From Candidatus Poribacteria bacterium (GTDB taxonomy: Bacteria; Poribacteria; WGA-4E; WGA-3G), in contig CBDANF010000003.1 in NCBI GenBank assembly GCA_965197475.1, positions 3,776,001-3,840,000 of the forward strand: a stretch of DNA of 64,000 nt. Direction: 5' to 3'. Made by a program: the position numbers and the translations under genes. The notes beneath the pieces are model-generated. The model saw only the letters and a list, made by a program, of their open reading frames with translations. It was not told where the DNA came from and searched no databases. Below are positions 11,291 to 20,835 of this stretch, piece by piece; position 1 is the first letter of the stretch; the number at the start of each line of letters is the position of its first letter.

Positions 11291-13480
11291 CTACTCTTGC
11301 GGCTGCTTAGGTGGATGTATTTCATAACATGTTCCCTTGTAGCAAACGATCACATGCTTTCCGATTGAAAGATATTTTGCCAATTCAGTCTCTTTCGTAA
11401 GCAACTCAAAATAGGCATCACTTCCGAATTCTATCTTCGTTGTGTCGGTTTCCGATTTGTGTGTACTATCCACCCAGACTTTTTCACGGAGATGAAAGGT
11501 CTTGTTTTTGACGTTTTTAATAGTGATAACCGAATCTGCAACTTGTTCTTGCGTCCGAAGTTGCTGTAGTGCTTTGCTTGTTTCGACTTTTGCGACTTCT
11601 GGAGCGCGTTTTGGTAGTGCTTTGCTTGTTTCTTCGCCTTCTGAAGCACTATACTCAGATATTTTTGGAGCGGGTCTCATTGCTGCTCGTGGTATTGATC
11701 TTCCCCCTCCCGCTCTTGCGGCTGAATCTGAACTGAGTACGGATTCCTCTTCGGTAACAAGAAATGAGGTGTATGGGGTCATAATTCCGTATTTTTCACT
11801 GAGACGCACAATTTCGTCAATCAATTCTTTGTTTTTACCGTTGAGCCTAACTTCGTCAACGAGATATGCCACCTTGCGCTGTGCCCACAACCTCGGCAGA
11901 AATTGATGATCCGATTCCTGTCTTGGGAACTTTGCCGTGTTAGAGAATTCCTGTTGTTTGCCGTTGATGTCTCCGCGTAGGGTCATCTTTGTTTTTCCGC
12001 TTCCCGCATACCTGCCAAGTACTGTCAACTGTGAACCGCGAAACAGATGTGGCAGTTTCTGTGGATAGAGGTTTTTGGTTTTGATGTTCTGGATATTCAA
12101 AGCCAAATTGACGAGAACAGGTTCACTTACCTTCGTGAAGAAAGCGGATACGGCAACTTCTAAGTTCTCTTGTGGTTTAACATATTGACGGGTGCCGCCA
12201 TTTTGCTCAGCCATTTTATCGAGCAAATTGACGTTGACATCGTAGCCTACACCAAACACAAAGACACGGGATTTATCATCGTTTGCGCCAGAGACGTTCT
12301 TGAGAATTCGTGCGGTATCTGTTTCACCGACGGTTGCTTCCCCGTCAGTTAAGAAAATAACAATGCGTGGCCGCTTCGTATCTGGTTTATCGGCTAAAGC
12401 AGCGAGCAAAGCGTCATTGATATTTGTGCCGCCGTTTCCCGCAATATCGTCAATGAAAGTAAGCGCGTTTTCACGCGCCTGTTTCACTGAAACTAAATTT
12501 TCAGAGAACGGCTCAACATCTGTATTGAATAGGATCAGGTTAAATCGGTCTTTATCGTTTAGATTGTTTACGCAAAAGCGGAGTGCTTTTTTCGCCTGTT
12601 CTATTTTTGGTCCTTTCATACTCCCAGAACGGTCAAGGATAAAGATGAAATCCTTCTCAATAATATCCTTCTTCTTCACCTCATATTTTGGGGAGATCAG
12701 AAGCATAAAAAAGCCGTCTTCGTCAACATCGTCGCGATGGGTAATCAGGTCAATACCGAAATCTTTGTCGGAAAGGGAATAGTAGCAGGTGAAATCGCGT
12801 TTTACGTGGACGTTTGTGCCTTCATAACTGATGTTAGCACGATGATCGTTTTTGCGGTTGACTGCTACCTCATGTGATGGTGAATAGATTGTTTTAAGCG
12901 CGTGTTGGCTTTTAAGGTCGATTGAAACTGCGAGACTCCCTACGGGTTGGTGGGTAAATTTGTCGGTTCGCAGCGGGTAGGTATACTTGGCGAGACCAGA
13001 ATCCACATCAATAATCTGTGAGTATTCAAGTTGGATACGTCTTTCCCCGTTGGGCGGGATGGGGAACACCCTTGCTTGAAAAGCACGAGTGCCAACATAC
13101 TCAAGAAGTGCTGGGTCTTGCATGGAACGGACAATGCCTTCGTAGATATTACGCGCCCTGTCTTTCGCAAGCAATTCCGCTTTGACCGGCTTTCCATCTA
13201 TGTATAGCACGAAATCTGAAACGGCTACATCATCTTCAAGTGGGAAAAGATATGTGCCTTCAAGTTGTAAGTTGTTTGGGTTGGCAAAAATCTGATCAAT
13301 TTTCGTTGTTGCAAGTTGGTTGTCAATAGAGACGTTCACATGGTGTTTTTCAATTCTTAGGGTTTCAATTCGCGAGACGTTGTTTGTACGTGTGACAATG
13401 ATGCCTTGTGCCTGCACGAATTGGGCAAATCCTATAAAGAACAGGATTAACAACGCCGCTGGAAAATGTAGTCTTTTCAT
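11291..13480 (-). CDS. Exported VIT + vWA domain protein (inter-alpha-trypsin inhibitor-like)
   Basis: Signal peptide, VIT (ATTKIDQIFANP..EGTYLFPL), MIDAS DRSGS, TDG, C-terminal RLWA..YGIMTPYTSFL. ATG 13480 follows GGAGG. Confidence 0.88.
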   Translation of the reverse strand: MKRLHFPAALLILFFIGFAQFVQAQGIIVTRTNNVSRIETLRIEKHHVNVSIDNQLATTKIDQIFANPNNLQLEGTYLFPLEDDVAVSDFVLYIDGKPVKAELLAKDRARNIYEGIVRSMQDPALLEYVGTRAFQARVFPIPPNGERRIQLEYSQIIDVDSGLAKYTYPLRTDKFTHQPVGSLAVSIDLKSQHALKTIYSPSHEVAVNRKNDHRANISYEGTNVHVKRDFTCYYSLSDKDFGIDLITHRDDVDEDGFFMLLISPKYEVKKKDIIEKDFIFILDRSGSMKGPKIEQAKKALRFCVNNLNDKDRFNLILFNTDVEPFSENLVSVKQARENALTFIDDIAGNGGTNINDALLAALADKPDTKRPRIVIFLTDGEATVGETDTARILKNVSGANDDKSRVFVFGVGYDVNVNLLDKMAEQNGGTRQYVKPQENLEVAVSAFFTKVSEPVLVNLALNIQNIKTKNLYPQKLPHLFRGSQLTVLGRYAGSGKTKMTLRGDINGKQQEFSNTAKFPRQESDHQFLPRLWAQRKVAYLVDEVRLNGKNKELIDEIVRLSEKYGIMTPYTSFLVTEEESVLSSDSAARAGGGRSIPRAAMRPAPKISEYSASEGEETSKALPKRAPEVAKVETSKALQQLRTQEQVADSVITIKNVKNKTFHLREKVWVDSTHKSETDTTKIEFGSDAYFELLTKETELAKYLSIGKHVIVCYKGTCYEIHPPKQPQE

Positions 13481-13608
13481 GGAAAACCTCCGTTGTATGT
13501 GAAAACGTTGCATTTATCGGATTTCTTGAAAATGTTGTAAGGACGCGCCAATCGCTAAAAATAGACGCGCCAATTGAGAATTACTTTCGTCCTACAAGAT
13601 AAACGGCA

Positions 13609-15882
13609 TTAACTTGCTTGTGCTTCAGCCTTGTCTTTTAATTCACGTGCTTTACGCACAAGATGGAACAGTTCTTTTTTCTGCTCCTCGTGCTGTGGTA
13701 TTTTGGCTTGGATGTTCGGCAGGATACCTTTAAGCGTTCGTTGTACTGCACTTAAACTATCATCCTTTGCCCAATAACTTTCCCGTAGGATTTCAGCAAA
13801 TTGCGCCACTGCAGCAGCAAACTGAAAATCTGGGGAAGCATCTTCAAATTTACCTTTAATATCTTCAACGAGAAGTTTTTCACTGACTTCCGTAACCTTT
13901 GCTGTATCGGGGTCTTCATGTCTGATATAGACGGTGGCGAGTTTGCCTTGGTCCACACCTTTGTTGAGTTTGATTTCATAAAGAGCAGTAACGCTGTGTC
14001 CCGAACCGATTTCACCTGCATCCGCATCGTCGTTACGGAAATCTTCATGATCCATTCTGCGATTTTCGTATCCTAACAATCGGAATCGACTGACCGTTTT
14101 CTCGTTAAACTCAACCTGAATTTTAGCATCTTTAGCAATTACTTGCAACGTACCAGTCAGATTTTCGACAAAGATACGTTTCGCCTCTTTGAGTGTGTCA
14201 ACATAAGCATAATTCCCGTTGCCTTTCTTGGCAAGTTCCTCCATCAGAACATCGTTGTAATTTCCCATGCCGAAACCGATTGTGGTCAAGAAAATTCCAT
14301 CGTCAACATAATCTCGAATTTCTTTGAGGAGCGATTCAGGTGCAGTTTGACCGGAGTTCGCAACACCATCTGAACAGAGAATAACACGGTTGATGCAATC
14401 AGTCTGTGCGTTCCTGCTCGCAAGTTCGTAGGCCTGCTGAAGTCCGTCTTCAAGATTCGTCACACCTTCTGGACATAGCGAATCGATTTTTTCCAATATG
14501 TGATCGCGATTCACATTGCTGGTATGCGGGAGGACGACCCGTGCATCGGTACCGTACACAACAATGCCTATCTTGTCGGTGGGACGGAGTTGGTCCACTA
14601 AAAGTCGCAATGCCTTCTTCACAAGTTCTAACCGACTTTCCATCTGCATTGAACCAGAGACATCAATTACAAAAGTGAGGACTGCATCTTTACGGTCAGT
14701 GTCTGGGATGACATGCCCTTGAATTCCGATATGCAGCAACTGAAGCCGTTTGCCCGTGCCAAATTTTGAAGGTGCGCCTTCAAGATGCACAGCAAAGGCT
14801 GCGTCCGTTGGGGGTGTATAGTCATAATCAAAAGTGTTGATAAATTCCTCAACCCTTACTGCCTCTGGTGGCGGGAGATGTTCGTCTCGGAGATAGCGGC
14901 GCGTCACGGCATAGGAAGCAGAATCAGCATCCATGCCGAATGTTGAAAGGTTATCATCTTCCGTATCAATAAATGGATTGGTTCCGTGTCCCTTGAAGAA
15001 CACATCGTGATAAGCTGCCCCATTTGGCGGATTTAATCCAAATCCCCACGATAAGTTTCTTTTCAACTGCCTCATTTCCCCAAGTCTTTGCGCTCCTCTG
15101 TGGAGAGAGGTCTGCTCTCTAACAGCAGTAGGGGTAGCAAGTTTATTAATAGACATTGATAAAACATCTGAAACTTCCATTTGTTCCTCAAAATTGAGCA
15201 GTTCAACTCCATCGGAATCGTGACTGGTGAAGGAATAGGAACACACGAAATCCTTATCTAACTTAACATCAGTTGCTTGGTAGGTGATACGTGCAAGAGA
15301 ACCACTTTCTTGGTCAATCCTGACGTCATGCGAAAGAGACTCTATTGTCCCAATAGCATGTTTACCTTCAATTGCTATTGACATCGCGAGACTACCAATA
15401 GGTTGGTTGGATCGCAAATGGTGGGTGTACACGAAGTTTTCATCAACCGCCTCAACACATTCATTATAACGAATCTGAACCTTGCACTCATCACCAGCGA
15501 GGATTGACAACACTTCTACCTTCAGTGCTGAACTGCCAATTTCCTGTAGAATTTGGGTGTCCTGTGCTTGGAGGACGCTTTTATAGAATTTCGCTAAACT
15601 ATTTTTTCCGAGGAAGTCCGGTTCTACCAAATTACCATCAGTGCGAATATCAACATCTACGGTGTCTGCACCATCAGGCAGCGGGAAAATAAATATACCT
15701 TCAATGGGAAAGTCGTTAGGATTAGTAAAAACGACCTCAACATCTGTTGTTGCTTGTTGATTTTCTATTGAAACATTAGCAAGATAATGCTTGATAATTA
15801 GATTTTCAAATTGACGTACTTCGTCTAAGCGGGGAACGAAAAGGCTTCGTGCCAATGTGTAGAAACCTGATTTTTTCATCAT
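13609..15882 (-). CDS. VIT domain fused to a YfbK-like vWF_A/vWA/DUF3520 module
   Basis: VIT N-terminus, STFGMDADSASY..VRVEEFIN, MIDAS DVSGS, RLLGYENR..DAGEIGSGHSVTALYE. Confidence 0.88.
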   Translation of the reverse strand: MMKKSGFYTLARSLFVPRLDEVRQFENLIIKHYLANVSIENQQATTDVEVVFTNPNDFPIEGIFIFPLPDGADTVDVDIRTDGNLVEPDFLGKNSLAKFYKSVLQAQDTQILQEIGSSALKVEVLSILAGDECKVQIRYNECVEAVDENFVYTHHLRSNQPIGSLAMSIAIEGKHAIGTIESLSHDVRIDQESGSLARITYQATDVKLDKDFVCSYSFTSHDSDGVELLNFEEQMEVSDVLSMSINKLATPTAVREQTSLHRGAQRLGEMRQLKRNLSWGFGLNPPNGAAYHDVFFKGHGTNPFIDTEDDNLSTFGMDADSASYAVTRRYLRDEHLPPPEAVRVEEFINTFDYDYTPPTDAAFAVHLEGAPSKFGTGKRLQLLHIGIQGHVIPDTDRKDAVLTFVIDVSGSMQMESRLELVKKALRLLVDQLRPTDKIGIVVYGTDARVVLPHTSNVNRDHILEKIDSLCPEGVTNLEDGLQQAYELASRNAQTDCINRVILCSDGVANSGQTAPESLLKEIRDYVDDGIFLTTIGFGMGNYNDVLMEELAKKGNGNYAYVDTLKEAKRIFVENLTGTLQVIAKDAKIQVEFNEKTVSRFRLLGYENRRMDHEDFRNDDADAGEIGSGHSVTALYEIKLNKGVDQGKLATVYIRHEDPDTAKVTEVSEKLLVEDIKGKFEDASPDFQFAAAVAQFAEILRESYWAKDDSLSAVQRTLKGILPNIQAKIPQHEEQKKELFHLVRKARELKDKAEAQAS

Positions 15883-16033
15883 GATCTCCTTTATTTTTTT
15901 AGTTTTGGGTTTACTTGATTAGTGAGTTGCTCTACTAAATTAGCGAAGGTTAGAGTCGCTTGACACAGGTTATTGAATTGCGCCATCAACACACCATGGA
16001 ATGAGAAGGTGCATCTCAACTCTACACGTTTGT

Positions 16034-16060
16034 TTAGACGTTTAAGTAAGAAAAAAGTTT
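16034..16060 (-). promoter_or_regulatory. Putative ECF-sigma promoter upstream of the VIT/vWA genes
   Basis: AAAC-N16-CGTCTAA on the minus strand, matching the ECF consensus AAC-N16-CGT. Confidence 0.55.
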
Positions 16061-16091
16061 AATATTTCAGGTCAGCGAAAACTCATACTTG

Positions 16092-18668
16092 CTATTCGGA
16101 TTGTAATTTGACAAGTGTGTCCCGAGCATGCATTCGGGTTGAAGAATCATTTGCATATAAATCCTTTTTAATATAGTGGACTCCAGATCTGTCACCACGA
16201 TATGCAAGTTCATAAGCAGCGGCGCGTTGAATAATGAGATTTTCGTGTTTCAGCAATTCCTTTAAACCGCTAAGCATTGCTGCTTTTTCTCGAATAATTG
16301 CCCAATTTAGAAATAAATCGTAGTTTTTAGCATAGAACCGAGGATTTCTCAGGTTGTGCAATCGTGTGGTAATTCGCTCTTTTCGCGGATATAGACTATT
16401 AAGTATCCAAACCCCTTTCTCACGTTTGTCCTTTTGCCAGTGTCGCAGTTTGCGATATGCCACCTTTTTGAACCATTCAACACCACTATTGTCACCAAGT
16501 TGTTGAAGCGCAAGGGCAGCTTTTTCTGGCAGTCCATAATTACCTGGACAGAAAGCGATTTGTCGGAGAGGTTCAATAGCGCGTGCGTCACCACTTGTGC
16601 CTAATGCTTCTATACAATCGTGTATAGTTTGATATCCTATATTGAGCATTTCAATCCATGTCGGTACTAGATCAGGATCAGAAAACTTCAGTAACGCATC
16701 ACCTGCAGCGGTTCGGACCATTTGACGCGAATGATCAAGGTCTTCATCTTTTATCAGCGCAAGTTTTTTCAGAGTCGGAATTGCTTCAGGCTTCCGTAAT
16801 TCACCTAACAAGCCACAAGTATTGGCTATTTCTCTGCTATTTTCCTCTGTAATCAATTCAGGATCTATGCTTGCAATCATCTGATTGAACTTGTCAACAG
16901 GAGGCGGTTCAATATTGAAATGCATTTTGGGGGAGATGAGGGTATATGGCCATGCAAAAAAACTGGGTTTTATTTGTAGATTGAGTGGTATCCTTCTGTC
17001 AAATGTTGGGAACGTAGATGGCAGGATTAATCCACCCTTTCTTTGTGAGACCCGTAATTGTACAGTGTAACGACCTGGTTGCCGTAGTTTATAATATTTT
17101 GTAAAGAGAATTGTCCCAGTTATTTCATCATCGGGTTGTAGTGTTTGGAAATCATTTAATGTTAATGGAGCAAGTTTTGCTATTGGACCAATATATTTGG
17201 CGAAGGTTCCATCCGGTTGTTGAATTTCTAACTTTAAAAAAGTTGACTTAAGTGTTTTATATAAGGCAATTTTAATGGGATGATCACTAATATTTGTGAT
17301 GCGATAAGTTAATGAAATAGGTTGTCCATAATCATATCGTTCCTTGCTCAATTCAATTCCAAGTTCCAACTGTGGTTTATCATGTAGAATGTCATATACC
17401 ATGTGTGCGGCATTCTGAGTACTTCCTTTAGCCTCCTCTGTGAGTTTTTTCAATGCTGGTGCCATAACGGTAAGGTTCATTCGTCGAATAAGATCAATTG
17501 TCAAAAGTCTCACCTCAAGATCGGTATCAGCAAGTAATAACAGCATGTGTTCAAAGATCTCTGCTTTCCATGAACTCCCATATTGCAATAGTGCTTGAAT
17601 AGCTTCCGTGCGAAGCGTGAAAGATTCATCTAATGCCAATGATGTAACTGCATCAATCGCAGCTGAACTGTTATACGTTGCTAAAACTCTTAAAGCCATT
17701 GAATTTGGTTTCTGCCGCACAATTTTCAATAGAGATTCAAAACCTTTTTCTCCCATATTTCCCAAAGCACGTGCCATTGCAGCTTGGAGGTTAGAATCAT
17801 CTGTTTCAAGAATAACTTTCTCGTAGACAGGAATAAATGCGGGATCCGTTTGATTTCCAAGTATGTCGAAAATTGCCCATCGCATGTATGAAGATTTATT
17901 AGATTTAAGCTGTTCTAATTTCTCTAATAGTGGTTGTACAATTGAAGGGTCCGATTGTGAGAATGCGTTTATGATTTTTATTGATAAGTTACTGTGTTTA
18001 ATAAGATAATTGAGTAAGACAGGAAGTGCTCTAACATCTCCAATATTGGCAAGTTTTTCTGCGACTTTTTCTTTTTCCTGCCATTGATATTTCAAGGCAT
18101 CATATTTTTTAAGAAGAGCAGGAACTACGCTTTTTTGTTTAAAATCTGCCAATATAGAAGCAATATACCACCTAATATTCTGATCTATTTTTGGGTCCTC
18201 AAATCTCTTAACCAGTCTTGGAATAACTCTTTCATCCCCAAGGTGTATCAGCATATTTTGGGCAATGTCTTGTCTCTCAACATCATTCAGGAATTGAACC
18301 ATCAACTGTCGAGCATACTCCGCATCTACACTCGCGATTAAGCTCGCAGCATTACCACAAATTAAACTATCTTCATTTGTTAGAAATAATTCGGTAAGTG
18401 CTGATAAGACGTGTGTATCTGCGTAAAATCTATCCAAAAAATAGTGCGCATGCCACCGCGCATGTTCATTTTCATCTGCAAGTACTTGGACTAAAAACGG
18501 AGCGGCCTTATCACCCATTAGGGCAAGGTCATATCCACCATCTCCAAGCCAAACATCCCAGTCCGGTGTTCGTAATTTTTCGAGTGTGTCAAGTTCTGCA
18601 GCTGTACTGCCACACATCGCAACAATGAATAGGCAAATGAGCCACGTTGTTCTGTATTTCATAGACAT
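16092..18668 (-). CDS. Exported HEAT-repeat protein with an internal Ig-like beta domain
   Basis: Signal peptide, repeated ALG.LG..A..PL motifs, and a beta-rich insert (ERYDYGQPISLTYRITN..GRYTVQL). Confidence 0.8.
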   Translation of the reverse strand: MSMKYRTTWLICLFIVAMCGSTAAELDTLEKLRTPDWDVWLGDGGYDLALMGDKAAPFLVQVLADENEHARWHAHYFLDRFYADTHVLSALTELFLTNEDSLICGNAASLIASVDAEYARQLMVQFLNDVERQDIAQNMLIHLGDERVIPRLVKRFEDPKIDQNIRWYIASILADFKQKSVVPALLKKYDALKYQWQEKEKVAEKLANIGDVRALPVLLNYLIKHSNLSIKIINAFSQSDPSIVQPLLEKLEQLKSNKSSYMRWAIFDILGNQTDPAFIPVYEKVILETDDSNLQAAMARALGNMGEKGFESLLKIVRQKPNSMALRVLATYNSSAAIDAVTSLALDESFTLRTEAIQALLQYGSSWKAEIFEHMLLLLADTDLEVRLLTIDLIRRMNLTVMAPALKKLTEEAKGSTQNAAHMVYDILHDKPQLELGIELSKERYDYGQPISLTYRITNISDHPIKIALYKTLKSTFLKLEIQQPDGTFAKYIGPIAKLAPLTLNDFQTLQPDDEITGTILFTKYYKLRQPGRYTVQLRVSQRKGGLILPSTFPTFDRRIPLNLQIKPSFFAWPYTLISPKMHFNIEPPPVDKFNQMIASIDPELITEENSREIANTCGLLGELRKPEAIPTLKKLALIKDEDLDHSRQMVRTAAGDALLKFSDPDLVPTWIEMLNIGYQTIHDCIEALGTSGDARAIEPLRQIAFCPGNYGLPEKAALALQQLGDNSGVEWFKKVAYRKLRHWQKDKREKGVWILNSLYPRKERITTRLHNLRNPRFYAKNYDLFLNWAIIREKAAMLSGLKELLKHENLIIQRAAAYELAYRGDRSGVHYIKKDLYANDSSTRMHARDTLVKLQSE

Positions 18669-18725
18669 CTCCGTTATGTTGCTGGATCTGTTTCTTAAGA
18701 ATACCGAAAAACATCTTTAGAATCA

Positions 18726-18768
18726 AGGGCGATTTTGCTTGCAGTAAATGCGAAAACGAAATCGCCCT
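18726..18768. terminator. Hairpin after the YfbK-like gene (terminator or REP)
   Basis: agggcgattt ... aaatcgccct inverted repeat. Confidence 0.5.
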
Positions 18769-18777
18769 GTAAAAAGA

Positions 18778-20667
18778 TTATCCCTCTTTCTGTTCCTTCA
18801 AGCGGCGCGCCTCACGAACAAGGTTTAACAGTTCTTCTTTGCGCTGTTTGTGTTGAGGCGTTTTTGAGTGGATATTCGGTAGAACACCTTCAATCGTCTG
18901 TTGGACAGATGCCATACTCCCTTCTTTTGCCCAAAAACTTTCCCGAAGGATTTCAGCAAATTCCGCTACAGCTGCGACAAGCTGGTATTCAGAAGATGTA
19001 TCTGCAAACGCCTCTTTTAGTTGATTCGTGGAAATTGTCTCACTAACCTCTGTAACACGTTGTGTATCGGGGTCTTCGTGTCTAATAAAGACGGTGGCGA
19101 GTTTGCCATCAGCATTTTCGTGGAGTTTAATCTCATAGAGCGCGGTTACACTATGCCCTGAACCGATTTCACCCGCATCCACATCGTCTTTTCGGAAATC
19201 TTCGTGTGCAAGGGATCGATTCTCATAACCGAGGAGTCGAAAACGACTGACAGTTTTCGAATTGAACTCAACCTGAATTTTGGCATCTTTGGCAATAACT
19301 TGCAGCGTGCCTGTCAGATTTTCTACAAAGACGCGTTTTGCCTCTTTGAGCGTATCGACGTAGGCGTAACTGCCGTTGCCTTTGTTGGCAAGTTGTTCCA
19401 TCAGAACGTCGTTGTAATTTCCCATGCCGAAGCCAACTGTAGTAAGTGTTACACCTTCCTTGAGATATGTGTTTATCTCTTTAAGAATTGCATCTGGACC
19501 TGTTTGTCCCACGTTTGCTACACCATCCGAACAGAGAACTACGCGGTTGATGCAGTCAGATTTTGAATTCTTTAGCGCGAGTTTGTATCCCATCCGAAGC
19601 CCTGCCTCAGCATTCGTTGATCCATCTGGGTGAAGTTTATTGATAGCTTGTAAGATATGTTCACGATTTTCAATACCAGTGTGTGGAAGCACGACACGTG
19701 CATTAGATCCGTAAACAACGATACCGACCGCATCCCCAGGACGGAGTTGATCAAGTAGAAGTGCTAATGCTTTTTTTACTAACTCCAACCTGTTTTCACG
19801 TTCCATTGAACCGGAGACATCAATCACAAAAGTAAGTATTGCGTCTTTGCGGTCATTGTCTGAGATGACGCGACCTTGAATGCCGATTCGCAACAATTGA
19901 AGCCGTTTACCTTCACCAAATTTTGAAGGTGCGCCTTCAATATGAACGGCGAATGCTTCTTCGGATGGAGGTTTATAGTTGTAATCAAACGCGTTAACAA
20001 ATTCTTCAACGCGTACTGCATCTGATGGTGGAAGGATCCCATCACGGAGATAACGCCGCATTACAGAGTATGAAGCGGTATCTACATCCATACCAAAGGT
20101 TGAGAAATTGTCGTCTTCTGTATCAATAAATGGATTGGTGCCATGGTTTTTATAGAAAACATCGTCATAAGCAGCACCGTTTGGTGGATTTAGTTGCGAT
20201 GCTGGCATAGCACCTTGTAGTGCTGCTATTTGTGGCGCACGTGTAGGTAGAACTTTGGCTTGATCACTACTTTTTGGGATATAACCGCTATAATCGGATA
20301 TTGCCGATTTAGCTTCGTCTGTAGCCACTTTGACTTGAACACTACTTCCGGCGGCACCTCTCACGGTGGCAGGTGCACTTGAAGCAGGCCCAGAAAAAGC
20401 TAAGGACGATGACTTATTGGATATAGGTTGATTAGTATGGGTGACCACCGTTGGCAATGGAGCATTTGGTGGACTCATTATAGATTTGACAATTGGTTTA
20501 CGCAGCTTTGCTTTCGGTGCTTCTGGAGCTGAAAATGTATCTAAACGAACAAGGTCTTTCAACACTAGTGTTTCTTGGTTCGTTAAATGAAATCCGATGA
20601 AAAACACAACGATGAAATGGAACACTAACGAAATTAAAAGTGCTCCTGAAAATCTTTTGATACGCAT
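18778..20667 (-). CDS. Membrane-anchored YfbK-like vWF_A/vWA/DUF3520 protein
   Basis: N-terminal TM (ALLISLVFH), Pro/Ser/Ala linker, MIDAS DVSGS. Close paralog of the C-terminal part of 13609-15882. ATG 20667 follows GGAGG. Confidence 0.88.
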   Translation of the reverse strand: MRIKRFSGALLISLVFHFIVVFFIGFHLTNQETLVLKDLVRLDTFSAPEAPKAKLRKPIVKSIMSPPNAPLPTVVTHTNQPISNKSSSLAFSGPASSAPATVRGAAGSSVQVKVATDEAKSAISDYSGYIPKSSDQAKVLPTRAPQIAALQGAMPASQLNPPNGAAYDDVFYKNHGTNPFIDTEDDNFSTFGMDVDTASYSVMRRYLRDGILPPSDAVRVEEFVNAFDYNYKPPSEEAFAVHIEGAPSKFGEGKRLQLLRIGIQGRVISDNDRKDAILTFVIDVSGSMERENRLELVKKALALLLDQLRPGDAVGIVVYGSNARVVLPHTGIENREHILQAINKLHPDGSTNAEAGLRMGYKLALKNSKSDCINRVVLCSDGVANVGQTGPDAILKEINTYLKEGVTLTTVGFGMGNYNDVLMEQLANKGNGSYAYVDTLKEAKRVFVENLTGTLQVIAKDAKIQVEFNSKTVSRFRLLGYENRSLAHEDFRKDDVDAGEIGSGHSVTALYEIKLHENADGKLATVFIRHEDPDTQRVTEVSETISTNQLKEAFADTSSEYQLVAAVAEFAEILRESFWAKEGSMASVQQTIEGVLPNIHSKTPQHKQRKEELLNLVREARRLKEQKEG

Positions 20668-20712
20668 TGTTCTTACCTCCAAGGAATATCATAAGCATTA
20701 TGCAAACATGTT

Positions 20713-20729
20713 AGCAATTTACGTGCCAA
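20713..20729 (-). promoter_or_regulatory. Sigma54 (-24/-12) promoter
   Basis: TTGGCACGTAAATTGCT on the minus strand, an exact match to TGGCACG-N4-TTGCW, ~45 bp upstream of ATG 20667. Confidence 0.8.
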
Positions 20730-20779
20730 TTCCATGATCGCTAATTACAAGCGTTTTTCCTACATAACAATCAGAATTA

Positions 20780-20826
20780 TGCACCAAATGGGGCAAATTT
20801 AACGTCATGCTGCACGAAAAAGGGCA
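20780..20826. promoter_or_regulatory. Tandem NtrC-like enhancer (UAS) sites
   Basis: TGCACCAAATGGGGCA (20780-20795) and TGCACGAAAAAGGGCA (20811-20826), 31 bp apart, upstream of the sigma54 site. Confidence 0.6.
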
Positions 20827-20835
20827 ACCATTCTA

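Noticed and set aside
11566-11632. 19-bp direct repeat (ETSKAL twice) in the VIT-vWA gene
   Set aside because: It is an in-frame 48-bp micro-duplication in a low-complexity linker, with no sign of a variable-repeat mechanism.
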